From positions 124,001 through 188,000 of the IMG/VR virus record IMGVR_UViG_3300032562_000004: 64,000 nt of DNA. One strand, given 5' to 3'. Below the pieces are notes generated by a model. That model had not been told where the DNA came from and ran no database searches. It worked only from the letters and a program-made list of their open reading frames with translations. The translations under genes and the position numbers were made by a program. Positions 19,936 through 29,113 of this stretch are shown piece by piece. Position 1 is the first letter of the stretch. Each line of letters begins with the position of its first letter.

Positions 19936-20052
19936 TATCAATAATGGTCCTAATCTATAACTAGTATAAACATCGCCATTATTAAATCTAACTTGGCCCC
20001 AATGAAAAATTCCACCACGGTACCAATGTGTCTTATATACTCTAATCTTCAT
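19924..20052 (-). CDS. 42 aa hypothetical protein
   Basis: Own translation MKIRVYKTHWYRGGIFHWGQ...; co-oriented, fills the gap. Confidence 0.35.
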   Translation of the reverse strand: MKIRVYKTHWYRGGIFHWGQVRFNNGDVYTSYRLGPLLIHIR

Positions 20053-20105
20053 GTCCGACCCACCACCTATTTTATTCGAAATAGGAAACCATTATATCAT
20101 TATAT

Positions 20106-20768
20106 TTATGCTTTGGCAACATTTTTTTGGTAATAATCAATCGCTTTCACCAATCCAGGTATGTGGTCATCGGTTTTCTGCTGAAATACCAATGGTGCTT
20201 CATTCTCTACCGCCATGATAATTACCAGATTATCAATTGGTGTACCAATCATTTCTTCATACATCAAAGCATATGCGGATGTTTGCCAAAAGTAATCTTC
20301 AATGTGTGCCATTTCTTTTATTTTCTTTGATGTTTTAAAGTCAATAACAGATAATACACCATCAAATTCACCAATACAATCCACACGACCTGCCATGCCT
20401 AATTGTTTAGACCATAATGCACATTCTTGATAATGAATATTGTTGATACGATTTAATTCTGGCTTAATTGATTGGAACATCTCCAACGCATCAGGCATGA
20501 TTGTGCCTAACTTCTCATTGTTTAGATATCTCTCGCACAAGGTGTGTACATTGGTGCCACGACCTGTTGCTTGTTTAGAGATTCTATTGGCTTCTGCTTC
20601 ACCAACTCTCTTACGCCATTTCATGATACCCTCTTTCTTTTGGGCGCCAATCACAGTAGTAACAGACGGCAATTTAGAACCATCAGGTAGAGTATAGTAC
20701 CTCATACCATCAGGAAAGGTTTCAGATTTTAAATCAATGAGGTCTTTTGGTGGGCAAAAAGTAAACAT
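20106..20768 (-). CDS. PD-(D/E)xK (Cas4/RecB-like) exonuclease
   Basis: PSVTTVIG...GRGTNVH...AGRVDCIGEFDGVLSVIDFKTS. Confidence 0.85.
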   Translation of the reverse strand: MFTFCPPKDLIDLKSETFPDGMRYYTLPDGSKLPSVTTVIGAQKKEGIMKWRKRVGEAEANRISKQATGRGTNVHTLCERYLNNEKLGTIMPDALEMFQSIKPELNRINNIHYQECALWSKQLGMAGRVDCIGEFDGVLSVIDFKTSKKIKEMAHIEDYFWQTSAYALMYEEMIGTPIDNLVIIMAVENEAPLVFQQKTDDHIPGLVKAIDYYQKNVAKA

Positions 20769-21544
20769 TATTTTTTATTTCTATAATTATCTAATTCAGC
20801 TTCAAACTTAGCTGCTTGTTCAGGAGTAATAACAGTAGCATCAATTCGTTTTCTCAACTCATCAGCATAATTCTGTAATTGTGTAATATCACCCTCATAG
20901 TGAAAATTCTTTGTAACATGTTTTGTATCATAGGCATCAATTAATAGATTATATCTATCAGTATCTCCATCATTTCTAATTTGATGCCATTTATTTACCC
21001 ATAAGATGTAAGCAGAACCATCAGCAGGCATATGTAGATTTTCACCTTCACAAATGAATACACATTTTGGATTTGTCCATAACGGAATATGAATTCGTGC
21101 CATGTATTCTTGTTCAGGTCCATCAGAATGTACCACAGATTTTGAACCAGCTTTTAGATTAGTAATTCTAGCACGCCTGGTGTAGAAACCCAATTCATCC
21201 AATTGGTCTAATACTTTCTTAATTTCACCGACACAACCTTGTGTTGGGTTTTTATATTCTAATGAATGTGCAATATCCAAATATTTTAGTGTTTCATAGT
21301 TATTGGCACCTTTGGGAAAGAATACTTCTTCTAATGTAGTACCTTCTTCATTCTGAAAGAAAGCAAACCCATCACGCCAATCACCAGTACGACTTTGTAA
21401 ACTGTAACCACCAAATCCATTATATTGTGGGGTTTCATATTCTTTACCTTGAATACATTCTCCACCCAATGTAAATACACTACGTTTAACTTCTTCTCTT
21501 AACTTTTCAATGTCGACTTTGAAATCTAATTTTTCATAGAACAT
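20768..21544 (-). CDS. Asp/Asn beta-hydroxylase-like 2OG-Fe(II) oxygenase
   Basis: RARITNL.AG....HSD...RIHIPLWTN...WHQIRNDG.TDRYNLLID. Confidence 0.8.
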   Translation of the reverse strand: MFYEKLDFKVDIEKLREEVKRSVFTLGGECIQGKEYETPQYNGFGGYSLQSRTGDWRDGFAFFQNEEGTTLEEVFFPKGANNYETLKYLDIAHSLEYKNPTQGCVGEIKKVLDQLDELGFYTRRARITNLKAGSKSVVHSDGPEQEYMARIHIPLWTNPKCVFICEGENLHMPADGSAYILWVNKWHQIRNDGDTDRYNLLIDAYDTKHVTKNFHYEGDITQLQNYADELRKRIDATVITPEQAAKFEAELDNYRNKK

Positions 21545-22128
21545 TATAATACACCTTTCAACATTTCAATGGTACTCTTATCAAATGTACCCAAATTGGA
21601 AGTTAATGATATTCTTGGTTGATTAGACCTGTTTTGTTCTACACTATGTAATACAAAACCTGGAAAGAATACTAACTTACTTTCTTTAGCTTTAATACGA
21701 TTAAACTTAGAACCATTCACACCATCGTTACCTGAATCCCAATCACAACCATTTCTAGGATCAATTAATAACAGGTCACCACAATTCTCAGGTGCTTGTA
21801 TATAATAAGTCATAGCAATCTTTGGTCCACCGTGTCCGTGTATGGCCATAGATTCACCTGGATTATTATAATTTACCCAACCTCTGTTGTGCCAATATTC
21901 AAAACCATCAACATAGTTGTGTGCCACATAATCATAAGTTTGTTCTTTGATTACCTTTAATGTATATTCTCTAAGTTCATTTAACCTTTTAGAATCGTTT
22001 GTCCAAACATTTGATGTTGGTTTGAATGATGTAATTTCATTCCACAATTCAATATTAAATTGTCTATCAAAATCAGTTTGTATCTCCCAAACAGGAGTAA
22101 CCCACATATCAGTTTTGTTTATAATCAT
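21544..22128 (-). CDS. 2OG-Fe(II) oxygenase (TIGR02466-like)
   Basis: GWVNYNNPGE....HGH...YYIQAP...LVFFPGFVLHSV...RISL. Confidence 0.82.
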   Translation of the reverse strand: MIINKTDMWVTPVWEIQTDFDRQFNIELWNEITSFKPTSNVWTNDSKRLNELREYTLKVIKEQTYDYVAHNYVDGFEYWHNRGWVNYNNPGESMAIHGHGGPKIAMTYYIQAPENCGDLLLIDPRNGCDWDSGNDGVNGSKFNRIKAKESKLVFFPGFVLHSVEQNRSNQPRISLTSNLGTFDKSTIEMLKGVL

Positions 22129-22667
22129 AAATGACCAGTTTCTTTCAACATATCACACACAGCAGCATAATCATAAGTTGCTGTAGCCAGAGTAATTGCT
22201 ACTCTATTTTTAATTCCTGATAATGGTGTAACTGAATGAGGTTTTGTTACATCTAAAATGTATACATCACCTGGTTCAGCAATGTAGTTACCATTAATCA
22301 ATAAATCTTCTTTATCATAAATGAAACCGTGTCCTGTTTGGTTCTCGATTCTGTGTTTCTTTGGGTCATCATTCTTAAATGTAAAGAACTCTGTTACACA
22401 ATTATCCGTTTCGACATAAAAGTTAATTGTTACCAAATCACAATCAGTATGTGGTGGTATTACTGTATTAATCTCCATCAATGATACACAGAACATATTA
22501 CGATATCGTTCAGGAATATATTCTATCACAGATTTATAATCTTGGCAATCCACATTAAGATATTTGATACCTTTGAACTCACCATCTACCACTTCACCGA
22601 ATGTTACTTGTTCAGTCAATGGTTTGTAACCAGTAATTGTGAATGGTTTATTTAATTTTTGGAACAT
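22125..22667 (-). CDS. 2OG-Fe(II) oxygenase-like protein
   Basis: IPPHTD (HxD) and LDVTKPHSV (distal His). Confidence 0.65.
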   Translation of the reverse strand: MFQKLNKPFTITGYKPLTEQVTFGEVVDGEFKGIKYLNVDCQDYKSVIEYIPERYRNMFCVSLMEINTVIPPHTDCDLVTINFYVETDNCVTEFFTFKNDDPKKHRIENQTGHGFIYDKEDLLINGNYIAEPGDVYILDVTKPHSVTPLSGIKNRVAITLATATYDYAAVCDMLKETGHL

Positions 22668-23322
22668 ATTCTTTAATCTTCACTAAATCATTTACCCAAC
22701 TCTTTAACACCACAGCATTAGGACTATCTTTCTCAATTTTCAATTTCATATCGGTAGATAATGAGATTCTTAAATCATTAGACTTGTTCTCTTGTACCTC
22801 ATGCATCAGATAGGCAGGAAAGAATACCAATTGGCCTGCCTTTGGTGTTATTGTTTTAATCTTTGCTGTTGGATTCTCCGTGGTGTATTCACCATCAACA
22901 ATAACAAGTTCACTAGTATCAATGAATGATATATCACCAGAGCTCTCTGGCACTTTAATATAATAAGTTGCCGCAAGTGCTGCATCAGAGTGTGCATGCA
23001 TCTCAATACGTTGACCAGGTTCTTTTACATTGACCCAACCAAATAGAAATTCAAATTGAATCTCCAATCCTTCTACTTCTCTTGCCTCACGAACATAATC
23101 GTTAGCATTCTCTACTACTAATTTGTGTATTGTTCTTTTGAGTTTTTGTATGTGTGGTAAATCGTAGTCCCATAAATCATCTTTGGGACTACTATCTACA
23201 CCAGTTTGAATATTTTTTGCTATTAGATAGATTTCATCCAGTAGTCTGTCGTTAAACTCTGAATCTAAATCTGTTGTTACTTCCCATATTGGTGATTTCC
23301 ACCATGTATTCACTTGAACCAT
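22648..23322 (-). CDS. 2OG-Fe(II) oxygenase (TIGR02466-like)
   Basis: GWVNVKEPGQ....HAH...YYIKVP...LVFFPAYLMHEV...RISL. Confidence 0.82.
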   Translation of the reverse strand: MVQVNTWWKSPIWEVTTDLDSEFNDRLLDEIYLIAKNIQTGVDSSPKDDLWDYDLPHIQKLKRTIHKLVVENANDYVREAREVEGLEIQFEFLFGWVNVKEPGQRIEMHAHSDAALAATYYIKVPESSGDISFIDTSELVIVDGEYTTENPTAKIKTITPKAGQLVFFPAYLMHEVQENKSNDLRISLSTDMKLKIEKDSPNAVVLKSWVNDLVKIKEYVPKIK

Positions 23323-23332
23323 TTTGTAAGGT

Positions 23333-23650
23333 TTACAGTCCTTTTTTTAACTTCCATGCTTCATATTGTTGTACAATTTCACACTTATGATTCCAATCAA
23401 TACCATCATGTGAGTTTAATTTGGCTGTATGGTACTCATCACCATATACAATATGTTCTAAAATAGGAATGCCATCATGAAAGATTGCTTCTAAGATATC
23501 AGCATAATCATGTAACATCTGAAACATTCTATCTTTTTTATCTTCAGGCAGGTTCAACATATCTGCACCCATCTGATTATCAAAATAATAGATTACATGC
23601 TGACGATATAGTTCAGTATCTTCTATTGTGATTTGATTGGTACCAGGCAT
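23333..23650 (-). CDS. Hypothetical acidic protein in the rSAM cluster
   Basis: Tiled in the operon. Confidence 0.5.
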   Translation of the reverse strand: MPGTNQITIEDTELYRQHVIYYFDNQMGADMLNLPEDKKDRMFQMLHDYADILEAIFHDGIPILEHIVYGDEYHTAKLNSHDGIDWNHKCEIVQQYEAWKLKKGL

Positions 23651-24519
23651 TTTAATTTTCCTTTAAAACTATTTAATTTTGTAATTGTAGATGCTGTGTA
23701 ATAACTAAAGAACAAGAAGAACCAAATAGTATATACTGTTGGTAATCCATGTTTACGTTTTGATTTAGCGATTCTTGGAATCATATCAACAACACGGCAG
23801 ATAGGACGGCCAATATTCATTAGAATACGACCCATGAAATTATCACGTTCAACAGCACCCATTAAGTATGCCATGTGTTGTGACCATGGTTGACCAATCT
23901 TGTTAGCCATATCAATCATGGCTTTCTGTTGTGCCTTCTGGCGTTCTTCTTTATTCTTAATCCACACCATGAAATCAGGACCTTTGCCTTCCATCCATGC
24001 TGTTACGATACGAGCCCAACGAATATAACCACGATATACCGATTTATCTGTTTTGCGTAACATCTGACCATAGGCTTGGTCGGCTGCCCATATATTGTGG
24101 CTCATCATACCAAGGTCAAACAGTTTAGCACAAACAATCTTAGAACAGTTACAAGCACAGTTACAATTATATGATGTTTGGCCTGTGGTACAGTTATAGG
24201 TACAAGCACAGTTGCAATTATTTTGTAACCAAGATTGTGAATCACAGTTGGTACAATTTACTGTACCTGAAATATAGCAGTTGTTGCATTGGATGTTACC
24301 ACAGTTACAATTGGATGTACAGTTACTATTGTTACAATTTCCTTGAGTGGTATTTTGAAAATAAGTCAAACCTTTAAACGAATTCATGTTTGGTGATGAT
24401 GGACTAATTGATGGCAAAACATAACCATTGAGAAAATTCAATGAAGAACTATACGTTGTGCCAATACCCAATTCGTTATTAACATCACTAACTGCAATTT
24501 GTCCTGTAGGTGTGGTCAT
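23623..24519 (-). CDS. Cys/Asn-rich repeat protein, candidate substrate of the adjacent radical SAM enzyme
   Basis: Virion-like N-terminus TPTGQIAVSDVNNELG; about 17 Cys in about 70 aa (NCNC repeats); C-terminal KIVCAKL...GYIRWA domain. Confidence 0.6.
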   Translation of the reverse strand: MTTPTGQIAVSDVNNELGIGTTYSSSLNFLNGYVLPSISPSSPNMNSFKGLTYFQNTTQGNCNNSNCTSNCNCGNIQCNNCYISGTVNCTNCDSQSWLQNNCNCACTYNCTTGQTSYNCNCACNCSKIVCAKLFDLGMMSHNIWAADQAYGQMLRKTDKSVYRGYIRWARIVTAWMEGKGPDFMVWIKNKEERQKAQQKAMIDMANKIGQPWSQHMAYLMGAVERDNFMGRILMNIGRPICRVVDMIPRIAKSKRKHGLPTVYTIWFFLFFSYYTASTITKLNSFKGKLKCLVPIKSQ

Positions 24520-24530
24520 TTATTTACTCT

Positions 24531-26000
24531 TTAAACGTTGATTTCAGTATTTATATCGTCAGCCAACCGTGATTTACCATATACTTCCACACCATCCAAT
24601 TCGCCAATTTTTTCACTAACCACCTTGATTGGAATAATCTTTTTGACTGGTTTCTCTTTATGTTCAAAGATAGTACCAAAGATATCTTGGCGTTCCAATG
24701 GTAACTCATCATTTTTAATGAGTGTTGGAATATAACCAGTCATTCGTTCTAATGCCACAGCAAACAATGCCACATTATCTGAATAAGAATTGGCACAGGA
24801 GATGTCCCAAAACTTCTTATCCAAGAACATACAGGCACCTTTACAGAGGTGTAATACTGGACAAGAACCACATTCTTTACGATTACTCCAATGCGTGGAG
24901 GTCTTAATCTCTACATTGTCCATATCAGTCATGTGGCCACCAAGATGAGACTCTCCATTCTTGGAGATTTCAAGGGAACTGACATTCTGGCAGGTCATTA
25001 CATTACCTCGTAAATCAACCGCCAATACATGTTCGTCATCCATACCACATTTCTGACCTAGGTACTTAGAATTGGCATGAGATAATACTGCTTGAGTAAA
25101 TCCATCAATCTTACCTAATTGGCCAACAAAACCAATTTGACCACCTGTGCTAAAGAAGTCAGCAAAGGCCGTTCTGCGATACTCAAAATGTTCTTGTAGT
25201 GTCTGTAATGAATTGGTAATACCTTCCTCATCATACGCATCAACAATACCACCTTCACCTAATTTAACATTAGGATCACCAGTCATATTAACAAACCATT
25301 CATAAATTTCTTTACGAGATTTATTTTTACTATTCATCATTGGATTGAATGAGATACCTTTTTTCAACCTACTCATCATACGATAGAAGCCAAGAATAAC
25401 TTTCTTCTTTTCTGGATCATCAAAAGGATCAGGACCACGAACAGATTGTCCAGGTCCATCGTGTGAGATTGATACAGAAAAATTATACTTCATCAACCAA
25501 TCACAAATTTCATCTGTAAGAATAGAACCATTGGTGATGATAGAAAATTGTGGTAGACGATTCCAATGTTGGAACTTATCTACGATTGCCTCAGTCAAAG
25601 GCTTTAATGTTTTCCAATAAACGAGTGGTTCACCACCCCACAATTCAATCTTCAAACCTTTTTGTTCATCAAATTCTAGAGTATCAAACATCTCCATAAA
25701 AGCATCAATATCTTTTTTGGAAGTTTCTGGCGCTCGTTCAACAAACTTCTGTGAACAGTAATCGCAAGAGTAATTACAACTCAAACCTAATTGAATTTTA
25801 AGTAATTGTACTTCTTTGGATTTTTTTAGTGGACGGTCTTTGTCGAATGATTTATATTCAGTCAACTGTTGATTGTGAATTGTGCCTTCAGGAAATTCAT
25901 ACACGATTCCATCTTCACTTTTGAGTGTGTTGGTTTCATTATCATAGTAGAAGATTTTTTTATCATCAGCACTACGTTCAGCATGTATTTCAAATAGCAT
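24531..26000 (-). CDS. Radical SAM/SPASM protein (anSME-like)
   Basis: CNYSCDYC, WGGEPL, SPASM Cys pattern KCG...CQNV...CGSCPVLHLCKGAC...C. Confidence 0.9.
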   Translation of the reverse strand: MLFEIHAERSADDKKIFYYDNETNTLKSEDGIVYEFPEGTIHNQQLTEYKSFDKDRPLKKSKEVQLLKIQLGLSCNYSCDYCSQKFVERAPETSKKDIDAFMEMFDTLEFDEQKGLKIELWGGEPLVYWKTLKPLTEAIVDKFQHWNRLPQFSIITNGSILTDEICDWLMKYNFSVSISHDGPGQSVRGPDPFDDPEKKKVILGFYRMMSRLKKGISFNPMMNSKNKSRKEIYEWFVNMTGDPNVKLGEGGIVDAYDEEGITNSLQTLQEHFEYRRTAFADFFSTGGQIGFVGQLGKIDGFTQAVLSHANSKYLGQKCGMDDEHVLAVDLRGNVMTCQNVSSLEISKNGESHLGGHMTDMDNVEIKTSTHWSNRKECGSCPVLHLCKGACMFLDKKFWDISCANSYSDNVALFAVALERMTGYIPTLIKNDELPLERQDIFGTIFEHKEKPVKKIIPIKVVSEKIGELDGVEVYGKSRLADDINTEINV

Positions 26001-26036
26001 TTATATTCCTAATTATAATATGAATTTCTGTGTGGA

Positions 26037-26228
26037 TCAAATGTTGATAGTATTGTTTTTGTTTTTTCTATTTCTCTGTGTTGCTTGGCCATTTCTGCCA
26101 ATTCTTGCTGTATTCTTTCTTTGTTGTTCTGTTCGTAATAAAGACGTTGTTGTTTGGACATCATTCTTTTCTTCGACATTCACACCCCTCTTAATTAAAA
26201 GTATAGGCAATTTCTTCACAGTTACCAT
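26037..26228 (-). CDS. Small basic hypothetical protein
   Basis: Co-oriented, overlaps the upstream stop. Confidence 0.35.
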   Translation of the reverse strand: MVTVKKLPILLIKRGVNVEEKNDVQTTTSLLRTEQQRKNTARIGRNGQATQRNRKNKNNTINI

Positions 26229-26503
26229 TCTCTAGGTGCCTTGGTTTTGTGACCAGATTTGATCGTGTTATTCGGAATACGTTCTTTCATTGGATTAATA
26301 ACATACTTCTCAAATGATGAGTCGGCTCGACCCATTCCAGGAACAGATAAACGAGAACCATCCGACATAACGGGTAGGTTCTCCGCAAAAATGTGCATTT
26401 CTAAATGGGGATTGTCTAGCTTGAACTGTTCTAAAACAGTATAAGACATACGGTGTTCTTCTACTTCACCTGTATTTTTGTTTAAAAAATCATAACTAGG
26501 CAT
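26222..26503 (-). CDS. FmdB-like small protein of T4-like phages
   Basis: MPSYDFLNKNTGEVEEH..S......F...NPHL. Confidence 0.7.
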   Translation of the reverse strand: MPSYDFLNKNTGEVEEHRMSYTVLEQFKLDNPHLEMHIFAENLPVMSDGSRLSVPGMGRADSSFEKYVINPMKERIPNNTIKSGHKTKAPREW

Positions 26504-27044
26504 TAAACCACTCCGGTTGATTACGAGAATTCACTTTACCTTTCCAGCTGGCTAAGTGTGTCTTATTATTTATATAGTAGTTACGATAGGAAGCCAATGA
26601 ATTACCAGTAATTTTAACGTCATCCGGCATGGCTGGAGTAGGCGCAGTAAAAGGTTTATTGGAAATGTTAGTTGGTGGTTGAGATAGAATATTTAATAAT
26701 CTGGAACAAGCGTGGGACTTACCATAACGATATGTATATTCTTTCAATAAATCTTTCCACAAATTATACAACCACACATAGTTTTCTTTAGATTCTCTAC
26801 ACCACAAAGCACTCGGATGGCTTGGGTGTGTGGATTTCATTAATAATGATTCTCTTTCGTCTAGTAACAACCATCTTTTTATTTTTCTACCGTTGGAGGT
26901 TTTATCATAATATTCTGTGCCATCTAATAATCTGTGTGTGGTGGATAATAACTGAGCATATTCGATACACATTTTTGTTACATGACGGTCTACATGATAT
27001 TCAGCACATTTTGTTGTGGAATTAGAAAGGTAAAATATATTCAT
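26496..27044 (-). CDS. Pyrimidine-dimer DNA glycosylase (DenV-like) family protein
   Basis: MNIFYL......CAEYHVDRHVTKMCIEYAQLLST...THPSHPS..W. Confidence 0.78.
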   Translation of the reverse strand: MNIFYLSNSTTKCAEYHVDRHVTKMCIEYAQLLSTTHRLLDGTEYYDKTSNGRKIKRWLLLDERESLLMKSTHPSHPSALWCRESKENYVWLYNLWKDLLKEYTYRYGKSHACSRLLNILSQPPTNISNKPFTAPTPAMPDDVKITGNSLASYRNYYINNKTHLASWKGKVNSRNQPEWFNA

Positions 27045-27325
27045 AACATTCTAATCAAACCAATACTATCAATAGAGGTTAACAAAATATAGTTAGCCAA
27101 CATGCCAAAAGATTTGCGAGTGTAAGCAGCCCAAGCATATAAAGCACAACCAGTAATCCAAACAGGATACATGAGACGTAAAGGGGGATTTGGAACGGTA
27201 AGTGCCATAGTAAGAGAGCAACCAATACTAATAGCCCAAGCAAGCAACTCAACCACAAACCTAAGTTTATGAGATTGCCAATCATCACGAATCCACCCAA
27301 ATGTTGTTCCCAACAAATCGTTCAT
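27041..27325 (-). CDS. Small membrane protein
   Basis: Three hydrophobic helices. Confidence 0.6.
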   Translation of the reverse strand: MNDLLGTTFGWIRDDWQSHKLRFVVELLAWAISIGCSLTMALTVPNPPLRLMYPVWITGCALYAWAAYTRKSFGMLANYILLTSIDSIGLIRML

Positions 27326-27621
27326 TATTTCTTAATACCAAGAACAGGAATTTCCAATGGTTCTTTTTCACCAGCAGTTTTCTTTAAAGATTTAACACGT
27401 TTAGCAATATCATCAGCGGATACTGTTTCCATAGCAAATTGTTTAAAAGCATCATAAGAATCTTTTACTTTGTATGCTGTTTTACCATTAACTGCAGCTG
27501 CATCAGCCATAAACAATGCACAACCACCTTCAACAAGTGGAGCAATTTCAATAATAGAATCTAGATTGATAATTACTTTACAATTTTTTTCAACTGATTC
27601 AACTTCAATAAAAATACTCAT
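27325..27621 (-). CDS. Hypothetical protein
   Basis: Tiled, with GGAG RBS. Confidence 0.55.
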   Translation of the reverse strand: MSIFIEVESVEKNCKVIINLDSIIEIAPLVEGGCALFMADAAAVNGKTAYKVKDSYDAFKQFAMETVSADDIAKRVKSLKKTAGEKEPLEIPVLGIKK

Positions 27622-27791
27622 TATTCTTCTCCTTGGTTAGTTTTGGTACTTAATTTGGCCAACTTGGCACGTTTCTCAGCAACTTCAGCATCAATCATCA
27701 TTTTCTTCCAATGGCCACGCTTTTCACTTGACAATCCAGAAAGAATACGTTTTGATTCTTTACTTAAATTAAAATCTTTAGTAGTTTTCAC
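27621..27791 (-). CDS. 56 aa hypothetical protein (GTG start)
   Basis: Own translation MKTTKDFNLSKESKRILSGL...; AGGA RBS. Confidence 0.5.
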   Translation of the reverse strand: MKTTKDFNLSKESKRILSGLSSEKRGHWKKMMIDAEVAEKRAKLAKLSTKTNQGEE

Positions 27792-27958
27792 TTGTTTCCT
27801 TTAATTTAATTAGTTCTAAGATTGATTTGGTAAATTCAACCGGAAAATCCGATTCTTGGCCAGATTCCATTCTACCTCTAGAACGGCCTTCTTCATACAA
27901 CCAAATATTATGAATTTCTTCTTTGTTGGGCATCATTTTTTATCACAATCTTCTAAAT

Positions 27959-28033
27959 TATAAATAGGTGTAGGTCACGATGCGCTAACATCTACCTACT
28001 CTATGTTTAACACTTTAACACGAAACACAGCTC
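27959..28033 (+). promoter_or_regulatory. Late promoter plus 36-nt structured leader of the GIY-YIG gene (copy 2)
   Basis: TATAAATA then GGTGTAGGT-CAC-GATG-CGCTAA-CATC-T-ACCTACTCT. Confidence 0.75.
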
Positions 28034-28672
28034 ATGTCAAGTATATATCAACCAAATCTACCATATTGTGTATATCTTACCACATATTTTGGTAACAAAC
28101 TTCCTATGTTTTATCTTGGATCTTCATCGGTTAAGAAGGTACAAAATGGTTATAAAGGTTCAGTATCTTCTAAAAAATACAAACAAATATGGAAAGAAGA
28201 ACTAAAACAAAATCCACAATTATTCAAAACACAAATTATATCGTATTATACAACAAGAATTGAAGCTACTGAAAAAGAAAATCAATTTCAACTTAAATTG
28301 AATGTAGTTAAATCTCCATTGTATATGAACACATCAAATGCAATACCAAATGGCATTTATGGTGTATCAATGAAAGGTGAAAATAATCCTATGTTTGGTA
28401 AAACCAGAAGTATGGCCACCGAAACCAAAATCAAAATAAGCCAAACCAAAAAAGGTGTTGTAAAATCGGAACAAACAAAACAAAAAATGAGAAAACCTAA
28501 ACCGATCGGTTTTAGTGAAAAACTAAAGGGCAATCAAAATGCAAAAGGTGCAAAATCTTGGTTAGGTAAAACTCATAGTGAAGAAACCAAAAAGAAAATC
28601 TCAGATAAAATCAAAGAATTAAACCGGTTAAAAAATCAAGGCTTATCACAATCAGGAACTCTAATTAAATAG
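28034..28672 (+). CDS. GIY-YIG homing endonuclease with NUMOD3 motifs, inverted
   Basis: YCVYLTTY......FYLGSS....GYKGS; ENNPMFGK, GKTHSEETKKKIS. Confidence 0.82.
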   Translation: MSSIYQPNLPYCVYLTTYFGNKLPMFYLGSSSVKKVQNGYKGSVSSKKYKQIWKEELKQNPQLFKTQIISYYTTRIEATEKENQFQLKLNVVKSPLYMNTSNAIPNGIYGVSMKGENNPMFGKTRSMATETKIKISQTKKGVVKSEQTKQKMRKPKPIGFSEKLKGNQNAKGAKSWLGKTHSEETKKKISDKIKELNRLKNQGLSQSGTLIK

Positions 28673-28878
28673 GTTGTATTGTTGGTATGTGGCCGAACAA
28701 AGAAACATTCTTTTTGAATATTCCAAACTAAATGGTTTTGAATCCCACCTTTAAACTGTTGCAACTCCGGTGGATTGGTCAATGAAATGAATTGATTGTA
28801 ACCAACAAAACCAATCAAAAGTAAACCAATAATAATAACAATGTGCTTCTTCAAAAATTCAGTTAGTTTTTTAAACAT
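28636..28878 (-). CDS. Membrane-anchored hypothetical protein
   Basis: N-terminal hydrophobic helix; 3' end overlaps the endonuclease. Confidence 0.55.
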   Translation of the reverse strand: MFKKLTEFLKKHIVIIIGLLLIGFVGYNQFISLTNPPELQQFKGGIQNHLVWNIQKECFFVRPHTNNTTYLIRVPDCDKP

Positions 28879-29113
28879 TCAAAACTCCATAACGATATAG
28901 AACTGCTATTATAACACAAATAATACCACCAAGCAACATACCTAGATTAAATCTACCATTAACCTGACGGAAGTATTCCACTTCCAACTCAAGATAATCT
29001 CGTTGACCTAATACCATATCAGGACATTCCGATTCACCACCCATTAACTCAATGGTTTCTTTAGCATTGGCCAATCGTTGTTTGGCTTCACGGTAATCTA
29101 AGTATGGTATCAT
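28871..29113 (-). CDS. Hypothetical protein with C-terminal TM helix (start at MIPYLDY)
   Basis: ATG overlaps the upstream stop. Confidence 0.5.
   Translation of the reverse strand: MIPYLDYREAKQRLANAKETIELMGGESECPDMVLGQRDYLELEVEYFRQVNGRFNLGMLLGGIICVIIAVLYRYGVLNV

Noticed and set aside
20106-20768. Cas4-like nuclease as part of a CRISPR system
   Set aside because: No repeat-spacer array or other cas genes seen; stand-alone exonucleases of this type are common in T4-like phages
24130-24200. EGF-type AspH hydroxylation consensus in the Cys-rich protein
   Set aside because: CTTGQTSYNCNC has the spacing but Thr where Asp/Asn is required
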